Positions 56,701 through 64,000 of a stretch of DNA of 64,000 bases are shown one piece after another. Origin of the DNA: Mobula birostris (lineage: Eukaryota). Within the stretch, counting starts at the first letter, position 1. Each line of letters starts with the position of its first letter. The notes under the pieces were generated by a model, which saw nothing but the letters and a program-made list of their open reading frames with translations, was not told the DNA's origin and ran no database searches. Location: assembly GCF_030028105.1 (NCBI RefSeq), contig NC_092391.1, positions 41,947,223 to 42,011,222 of the forward strand. Direction: 5' to 3'. Both the position numbers and the translations under genes were made by a program.

Positions 56701-59700
56701 CTCCTAAGGGTTCCTTCACCTCCATCTCTCCAATCACCTCCGGTTCATTACACAATACCCAATCCAGTACAGCCGATCCCCTAGTAGGCTCAACAACAAG
56801 CTGTTCTAAAAAGCCATCTCGCAGACATTTTACAAATTCTCTCTCTTGAGATCCAGTGCTGACCTGATTTTCCCAATCTACTCGCATGTTAAAATCCCCC
56901 ACAATTATCATAACACTGCCCTTCTGACAAGCCTTTTCTATTTCCAGTTGTAATTTGTAGTCCACATTCCTGCAGCTGTTTGGGGGCCTATAAATAACTG
57001 CCATCAGGGTCCTTTTACCCCTGCTATTTCTTAGCTCAACCCATAAAGATTCTGTACCTTCCGATCCTATATCACCTCTTTCTAATGATTTAATATCATT
57101 TCTTACCAATAAAGCCACGCCTCCCCCTCTGCCTACCTTCCTATCCTTCCGATACACCGTGTATCCTTGGACGTTCAGCTCCCAGAGACACGTATCCTTT
57201 AGCCAAGAAAGAAGAAAGTTAGTATAAAATACGAAAACACTTTCGTAATTGACTTGATAGATGTTACGAGGCTGTGTAGGATGGCAAGGTAAAGGGGGTA
57301 ATGTTGAATATTAGGAGGAGAGTGTATGTGGAGGGAGAGATTAAGGAAGAGTTGAGGGGAGTGTAACCAACTTGAAGAAAAGATGGAGTTAAAATCAGCG
57401 AAGATGGAAATCTGCCTCTTGCAGAGGAGGAGGAAAGGAAACTTGGCACCCATGTTGCCGGACAGGCTAAGGATAGCAGATCTTCTTTCCTAAAGGACAT
57501 TGCAAAAATCCCGTATGGTTCATCAACCAGCCAGTGGTTTAAGGTCACCACGTCACAGCTTCCTTACAGCACAGCGGGACATCAGCTGTCCCTTCAACAA
57601 ACCTATCAATTCCATCCTGAAAACTCTAGTTCTGTTTCTATTACCTCCTATAGGAAGTGAGTGATGTAGGATAACTTTAAAATGTTCTACATTAATTTAT
57701 TAATTCATTGGATTTAAGTATCCTATTCATGAATGTAAAATTTGAGCTGTTTTCTGTAGGTCATCAGTCTGGGCTAATTATCCATTCAGTTGCCATTTCC
57801 CATTGGCATCACAATGAATTGTGCCTGGAAAAAAAGTGTATTGAAAGTAATGTGACTCAGAGGGGCAGCGTGAGGTGGAGAATTGCTCAGTTCTTGTACT
57901 TGTGGTCCCTATGATAAGTGGCCTTGCTGTGTGCTGCATTATTCAATGTTGTGTCTGTCAGCTCTTACTTGTGCATGTTATCCTCTCTACTGCTGATTTT
58001 AAGTTATTTTCATTAGTTACTGCTTAGCTTCTGTGCGTTCGAACCCATGACCTGTAACCCTGGCTTTTTCATGTATCAAGCTCAGCAAAGGCAGCAGTTT
58101 CAGCTCAGCATTTGCTCTCTGAGCCCGTGTACTAAGCGCAGTGAAACCACGTAATATCTCTCATTCAGCAATATGATTTCTGACCAGTTTTTTATCTTCT
58201 GTCCTGAAGCCTTTGTCGCCTTCTCAGGATTTGTTCCATGGATGGTATTTTCCCATCAGTACCTTGCCCGAGTGGCCAATATTCATGGTTTCGGTCCAAA
58301 ACGTCAACTGTACTTTTTTCCATAGATGCTGTCTGGTCTGCTGAGTTCCTCCAGCATTTTGTGTGTGTTGGCTAATATTCATATTTGTGAAGTAATACTG
58401 GAGTGTTAACCAGCTCTTTGGTTTAGGGATTACCACAAGCTAGGACAAGGTGGGACACAAGAAGTTCTATTCCTGGCAAGTTGTACAAATGACCACACAA
58501 ATTAAGAGAATAGGTCACTTGTCCCTTCGAGGTTGCTGTATGTAATAAGATCATGCTCAGTCTGATGTAATCTCAACATGAATAGAGGGGAGATTACTAG
58601 TATAAAGGAGTGGGGCAAGAGTTGGTGATAGGTTCATCCAGGTGAGGAAGTTTAATTAGCATATGGTATAAACCAGGGGGAGACAAGTATGAAAGTAAGT
58701 TGAATCCACGCCAGGGCTTGTTGATCTTGTTAGTCTGTCTCTTGAGAGTCCTAAATTTATCCAAGGTATACAAACACCCTACAACTTGTTTTTTTATAAG
58801 CACCTGCCTTTGTTAATATCTTATTTAACTGTACTGGGTTGATCCTCTACACTTCCGATCAGATGTAATACAGGAATTCTCTACCTCAGAGAGTTGTGGA
58901 GACTAGATGACTGGAGATAATTAAAGAGGAGGGGATATATTTTTTGAAAGATCAGAGGTTTGAAGGTGAAAAGTGACTGTCACAGAAGAGGCAGGTTTGC
59001 CCAAGAGCTGAGGAACTGGGCAGATCAACTGGGACCATGCTGAAGAATGGGATGTTGTGGACCACTCCTCCTGTTTTGTCATGTCCTTGTGTAAGCAGAA
59101 AGAGATGTCCAATTTTCATACTAATGCCTGAATTTCTATTTTGCAAAGACTGTAACTATTGGTACCTCTGGTGCTTTGAGTCATGATTATTAGGTTTAGA
59201 ACCTTCCAGTAGAGCTGGAGAACACTGCATGAGTTAATGTTTTCTGTAATACCTTTTTGATAACATTTAACCTCCTTGTCTGTCAGCAGAATAATTAGCA
59301 AGTTTTCTTTCACATGAAGGCGCAGCTTGTCTGAAAGCCTTGCTGCTCTGCTCTGTTTTTCAGGTTTTAATCATTCACTCCAATCACTTGGCAACGCTAC
59401 AGCCCAAGTCGTGTAACATTCAGGATTTGTCATTGCTGAAGGTAAATGCTGAAGGCCACAGCCATGTAAGGTTGCTCCTGGATTATGTTCATTCTAACAC
59501 CCTTGTGAAGGCTTTAGGCCTCGCAAAATGTGAGATGAGAGATCTTTGATTTTCTGTTTAGTTAACTATATTTCCCTTCTCTTAATCTTTTTTTTTGCCT
59601 CTTCACATACCAAGTGCATGCTTTGCTTCCCTCCCTTTCTCTTGTGACTGGGAGAATGTGTGGCTGCTAATATTGGCAATATGCATTTGTAGAACTGGTA

Positions 59701-61217
59701 CATTAAACATGTGCGTGCTATTCCCTCTACAATAATATGTTGTGGAATAGAGAGTCAGCATTTATTTTTCAATGGGATGGTGGAGGGGTGGGTTTGTTGT
59801 AAGGTTAGAGTTTAACGCCCATGACTGATTACCCTTGAGGTGGACTGTTGGATTAATGGTTTGGATAGTTACAATGCTGTTGGCAAAGAGTTCCATGATT
59901 TTAACGTGGCAATCCAGAAGGAATTGGAATATGTTTCAAAGTCAACATAGAGTGGGATTAGGAAGAGAACTTGCGGATAGTTTTGTTCCCATTTATCTGC
60001 TGCTCTTTTCCTTCTAGGTGGGAGAAGATGTGGGTTTGAAGCCTTGGCGAGTTGCTGCAGTGCACTTTGTAGATGGAACACGCTGCAGCCAGCAAGCCCA
60101 ATCACCAACAGCACAAAGGTACCAGGCAGGGAATCAGGGAAATATTGCTTAAGGAATAAGGGTGCAATATAGAGCATTCAGGGAGGTTGCCAGTCAAGCA
60201 ACCTGCCTTCTCCTTGTCCATGCTGAACTTCTTGAGTGCTGTTGGTGTTGTACTCATCCTGACAAGTGGAGTGTACTCTGTTACACTCTTTACTTGTGCC
60301 TTGCAGAATGTGTGAAGGGTTTTTGGAAGCAAGAGATTCATTCTGATTTTGATCACTGCACAGAAAGTACAAGAACTTTTCTTGAGTAGTGAAATTACAC
60401 TTTTTAATTTTTCTTCATGCTGCCAGACCATCATTTTTCAAGAAACGTGTATAATTAGTTACCCCAGTTGAGTTTCTGACTACCTTCCAAATTGCTTCCC
60501 CATTATCCCTGTCATGATATTGAGTTTGGGAGATTTGGTTATAGTGTGTTCTTTTTCTAAAAGGATGTTTATTGTTGGGCATTTGTGTAACATAGGTTGT
60601 CAGTTCCATTGACTGCAAAGACTATAAGTGATTGATTCTGTCTTTAACCTCTATTTTTCTTAATTTCACACCCGCCTTCTCTTGCCATCAAGAGAAGCTG
60701 CAGCAGAGACATGGGAACAGGGCATCTCTAATTTCCCTTCCCAAGCTACATGAAGTTCTGACATTGACATGTATTGCCATTCCTTCATTAACACTAGATT
60801 ACATTCCTGGAACTCTCAAACAAAATCTTTTGGACTTGCCGGGATCACCTGGCTTCAAAAGGCCAATAATCTTCTCATGGGCAATAAATTCCTCTCTAGA
60901 GACTCTTTCACTTCAAGAAAGTAACATGGTTTGTTACTTTCAGTTCAGAAACACTGCTTCCTTTACTTTGTGGCGCCTTAAAGGTTGTGGTTATTTTGCT
61001 AAATGCTATTGTTGGAGTGAATCAAATTGTGTGTGCTGGGGAACGAGGAGTTATTATTCATTGAACTATACCACACTATGTTATGTGTACAGTATTTGCT
61101 ATTGAGTTGAGGTATCTTTTGGGATTTTCTGCTCTTTCTTGTTCTCAGATTCTCGATCTCCATGACAACCGACTTGCCTCACTTCCGGAGGACATGGGTC
61201 AACTCTCATCCCTTCAG
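44696..61217 (+). CDS. LRSAM1: E3 ubiquitin ligase LRSAM1, 5' partial: join(44696..44767,45963..46019,50419..50463,59364..59441,61149..61217), continues beyond window
   Basis: [107 protein letters not shown]. Matches the LRSAM1 N-terminus and first LRRs; phase-0 GT-AG introns; head-to-head with RPL12 as in mammals. Confidence 0.96.
45963..46019 (+). CDS. LRSAM1: LRSAM1 coding exon 2
   Basis: caacag|[19 protein letters not shown]|gtaagc. Confidence 0.96.
46105..46640 (+). mobile_element. CR1 3' fragment
   Basis: RPHLEYC..FW and MRGDLIEVYKMM; TTCTATGTTTCT tail. Confidence 0.85.
47165..47393 (+). mobile_element. PLE-derived palindromic mini-element nested in a CR1
   Basis: 99-bp arms 47162-47260 and 47262-47360 with a 1-nt spacer. 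15-bp TSD ACT(C/A)TCTGTGTGAAG at 47150-47164 and 47394-47408. The CR1 sequence resumes in register after the TSD. Confidence 0.92.
47260..47295 (+). ncRNA. Minimal hammerhead ribozyme motif (sense to LRSAM1)
   Basis: AGUC CUGAUGA AGGGUCUCGGCCU GAAA U GUC GACU; predicted cut after 47291. Confidence 0.65.
49755..50190 (+). mobile_element. tRNA-derived V-SINE (HE1-like), interrupted by a PLE mini-element
   Basis: A box TAGTACAGTGG, B box GTTCAATTCC, V-domain GTGGG..GGGTGCT..GTTTCCTCCCACAGTCCAAAGAC, (AAAT) tail. Confidence 0.8.
49837..49978 (-). mobile_element. PLE-derived mini-element (tail + inverted arm) inserted in a V-SINE
   Basis: Flanked by CCTGTAAGG at 49828-49836 and 49979-49987; the SINE resumes afterwards. 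Confidence 0.75.
50419..50463 (+). CDS. LRSAM1: LRSAM1 coding exon 3
   Basis: gccag|[15 protein letters not shown]|gtaaga. Confidence 0.94.
51065..52601 (+). mobile_element. Rex1/Babar LINE, RT to 3' tail (degenerate)
   Basis: VMKCFERL, QFAFRSNRST, FIDYSSAFNTI and KFADDTT motifs; 3' tail ..GATAATAAAAGTTAAACTTT. Confidence 0.88.
53087..53400 (+). mobile_element. tRNA-derived V-SINE
   Basis: tRNA-like head plus GGGTTTCCTCCAGGTGCTC..TTTCCTCCCA V-domain. Confidence 0.75.
54417..57205 (-). mobile_element. Young CR1 LINE, 5'-truncated ORF2 (APE endonuclease part + RT), two frameshifts
   Basis: ORFs 56237-57157, 55038-56222 and 54516-55022 with GGGVALLV, YRPP, GDFN, SDHN, GVPQGSVLGP, FADDTK; octamer tail (CTTATGGT)n. 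Confidence 0.95.
58287..58368. mobile_element. PLE-derived mini-element (single arm)
   Basis: 14-bp TSD TGGC(C/T)AATATTCAT at 58273-58286 and 58369-58382. Confidence 0.8.
59364..59441 (+). CDS. LRSAM1: LRSAM1 coding exon 4 (LRR)
   Basis: tttttcag|[26 protein letters not shown]|gtaaat. Confidence 0.95.
61149..61217 (+). CDS. LRSAM1: LRSAM1 coding exon 5 (LRR)
   Basis: ttctcag|[23 protein letters not shown]|gtagaa. Confidence 0.95.
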
Positions 61218-61449
61218 GTAGAAATGAAGTTCTTTAAAGTTTTTTTCTAAGTATGAGACAACATTAAAGATATTGACAGACAAGATCTAGATTTTTTTTC
61301 AAAACTCGGGAAAAATAATCGCTAGAAAATTGCCTGCCTGTTACAACATGAATGCACTCCCATTACAAGTTGCCGGCCGAGGTTTGATCCAGTTCTGTTT
61401 CTACTCCTCTATCTGCTCCGTCAGTAATTGTTTCTGTGAAGTTCACCAT

Positions 61450-61890
61450 ATAGAATCAGAATCCAGTTTAATCTCACTGGCATATGTGAAATTTGCTGTA
61501 ATAAAGCAAAAAAAAATTACAGTAAGTGCATGTGTGCATATGTGTGTGTGTGTATGTATATGTGTGTGTATATATATATATATTACACATAAAATAGTTA
61601 AATAAGAGGTGCAAAAATAAAAAGGTAGTGAGAAAATGTTCATGGGTTCAATGCCCATTCAGAAATCGGATGGCAGAGGGGAAGAAGCTGTTCCTGAATT
61701 GTTGAGTGTGTGCCTTCAGGCTGCTGTACTCAGTCCTAATGGCAGCAATGGGAATATGACATGTCCTGGGTGATGGGGGTTCTTAATGATGGATGCTGCT
61801 TTTTTGAGGCATCACTTCTTGAAGATGTCCTAGATACTATGGAGGCTAGTGCCCATGATGGAGCTGATTAAGTTTACAACTCTCTGCGGC
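61450..61890 (-). mobile_element. Rex1/Babar 3' fragment containing (TG)n/(TA)n microsatellite
   Basis: AGAATCAGAATC tail; microsatellite at about 61530-61582. Confidence 0.65.
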
Positions 61891-62559
61891 TTCATCGTAC
61901 AGCATTGAAACAGGCACTTAGGTCCAACTCAGCCAAGGTGCCTTACATTTGACTGCATTGAGCCCACATCTTTGTAAACCTTTCCTGTCTTGAACCAGGC
62001 CAAATGTCTTTTTAATACTGCAGTTGTACCCAACCGTACCATTCCCTCTGGCAGCTCATTCCTTTTACACATCACCTTATGCGTGGAGAAAACAGCATCT
62101 CAAAGCCCCTTCAAATCTTATCCCCTTTCACATTAAGCCTATACCCTCTAGTACCCCAGGAGAAAATGATTGTGACTGTCCCCTCCTCGTAATTTTATAA
62201 TCCTCTAGAATAGCAAATCTCAGTTTTTGTGCAGAAACTGCGGGAGGAAGGTGGCTGGACAATAACATATCACTTAATTAGAAAAAGGGTAAGGTTCTGT
62301 TTGGATCCCAATTGGCATGGTGAAGTGCGCCAATAGCATCTTGTGTGGAAAAGCTCAGCAGGGGTGTTGTCTGTCTAAAACGGATATGGTCAAGTGTTGT
62401 GGTAGTAGCAGGCAACCTGTTGGAATGGATTTCCATTTTGAAGCTGCTATGGGTAGGAATGGTAGATTTTATAGGAAGGATCATCAAGAATTAGATATTT
62501 CAAAATGTTTCAGGAGAGAACTCCAGGATCTGGAGCCAGGATGGCTGAAGTTTCAGTTC

Positions 62560-63190
62560 AAAGCAACACACACAAAAGGCTGGAGGAACCCAGCAGGTCA
62601 GGCAGCATTTATGGAAATGAATAGATAGTCGAAGTTTTTGGGCCAAGACCTTCAGGGCTGAGAAGGAAGGGGGAGGATGCCAGAATAAAAAGGGAGGGGA
62701 AAGAGGCTAGCTGGAAGGTGATCAGTGAAGCTATGTTGGTGGGAAAGGTCACGGGCTGGAGAAGGAGAGATCTGATGGGAGAGGAGAGCGGACCATATGA
62801 GGAGGGGACCCAGGGGAAGTAATAGTCAGGTGAGAAGAGGTAAAGGTTGGAGTGAGGATTAGAGGAAGTGGGGGTGAATTTGTTACTGGAAAGAGAAATC
62901 AATATTCATGCCATCATGTTGGTGAGTATCCAGATGGAATCGAAGGTGTTGCTTCTCCACCCTGAGAGTGGCCACATCTTGGCCCAAGAGGAGGCTGTGG
63001 ACTGACACGTCAGAACAGGAATGGGAATTGGAATTAAAATGTTTGGCCACCGGGAAGTCCCGCTTGTGGCGGACGGAGCAGAGATGCCCCCAATTTACAA
63101 CGGGTCTCATCAATGTGGAGGAAGCCGCATCGGGAGCACCAGACACAACAGAAGCTCCAGCAGATTCACGGGTGAAGTGTTGCCTCACAA
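62560..63190 (-). mobile_element. PLE 3' fragment with GIY-YIG C-terminal remnant
   Basis: ORF 62883-63200 ..PVAKHFNSNSHS..EKQHLRFHL..GMNIDF, homologous to the 14279 element. Confidence 0.8.
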
Positions 63191-63476
63191 TAGACGACAC
63201 AATTACAGTTGCCTGTCCTTCTGAAAGCCCTTGCTGGATACCACTTACACAGTGCTCAAGCAGTGAATTATTTTGGAGTGCAGCAGCTAATAGATAAGCA
63301 GGCCCAGTAAGTAAGTGACATATGAATGATTTATTCTAGGCTTTTTCTGGCTGTATTGATTGAAGGTGAAATTTCAGCTAATATGGGATCTTTAGCAATG
63401 AGTGGGCTAATGTGATATCTCCAACAGTGCTGAACTCACTGAGTTCTGCAGTAATCAGTCAGCCTGAATTCAAGGA

Positions 63477-63587
63477 ACACTCACAACACGCTGGAGGAAC
63501 TCAGCAGGTCGGGCAGCATCCGTGGAAAAGATCGGTCGATGTTTCGGGCCAGAACCCTTCGTCAGGACTGTAGAGGGAAGGGGCAGA
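63477..63587 (-). mobile_element. PLE 3' end fragment with hammerhead motif (63533-63570)
   Basis: CAGUC CUGACGA A GGGUUCUGGCCC GAAA C AUC GACCG on the minus strand. Confidence 0.78.
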
Positions 63588-64000
63588 TAAATCCAAGGAG
63601 TTATTAACCTGTTACAGAATGCTACAATACGGTACATGAGGATATCATGTTGATGATCAATTCTGAGTTGGCTCTGTGAAAGGATTATGGAGTCTGATGT
63701 ATAATTTTATCCACTCCCACTTTGAAAGACATTACCAATCTGTTTTCAGTTTAATCAGGCAGACAGCACCACAGCACATTACAGATTGCAACAACTATCA
63801 TCAAAGAAAATGTTCCCCTCTTCTCACCTCTGCTTCTTTTACCAATTACCTTTAATCTGATTTTTGTAGCAAAGTAGAGCAACGTAAAGGAGATTACTGG
63901 AATAAAATAATTAATTCTTCCAGCACTTCGCATGTCATGTGTAATTGTTTTCCCCTTGATTGTAGAGATGCTGATTGTTTGCTTGGCCTTCTGTGCCCTG

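Noticed and set aside
55038-57157. Long ORFs as host genes
   Set aside because: They are frameshift-separated pieces of CR1 ORF2.

Overview
This is vertebrate genomic DNA, inferred to be a cartilaginous fish (probably a ray) from its V-SINE, CR1, Rex1/Babar and Penelope repeat content. Three spliced host genes can be rebuilt by hand: POLE3 (+, 4 coding exons, 14078-26681, 152 aa), RPL12 (-, 7 coding exons, 40785-32837, 165 aa, with a TCT/TATA/YY1/GABP promoter), and the first 5 coding exons of LRSAM1 (+, 44696-61217, continuing past the window), which lies head-to-head with RPL12. Most of the rest is transposon-derived: CR1, Rex1/Babar, L1, Tx1, Tc1, hAT-Charlie, LTR remnants, V-SINEs and many Penelope-like element (PLE) pieces. 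Three things stand out. (1) The PLE 3' ends carry a minimal hammerhead ribozyme (CAGUC-CUGANGA-A-GGG..CCC-GAAA-C-GUC-GACUG) and occur as 80-230 bp hairpin mini-elements with 14-15 bp TSDs. These have landed at a POLE3 branch point, in the RPL12 promoter and in LRSAM1 introns, including one 199-bp palindrome with back-to-back hammerheads. (2) An L1 is nested inside an L1 of the same family, and both copies share two RT nonsense mutations. (3) A 104-bp direct repeat brackets a POLE3 exon. All alignments were done by eye, and repeat boundaries without TSDs are approximate.
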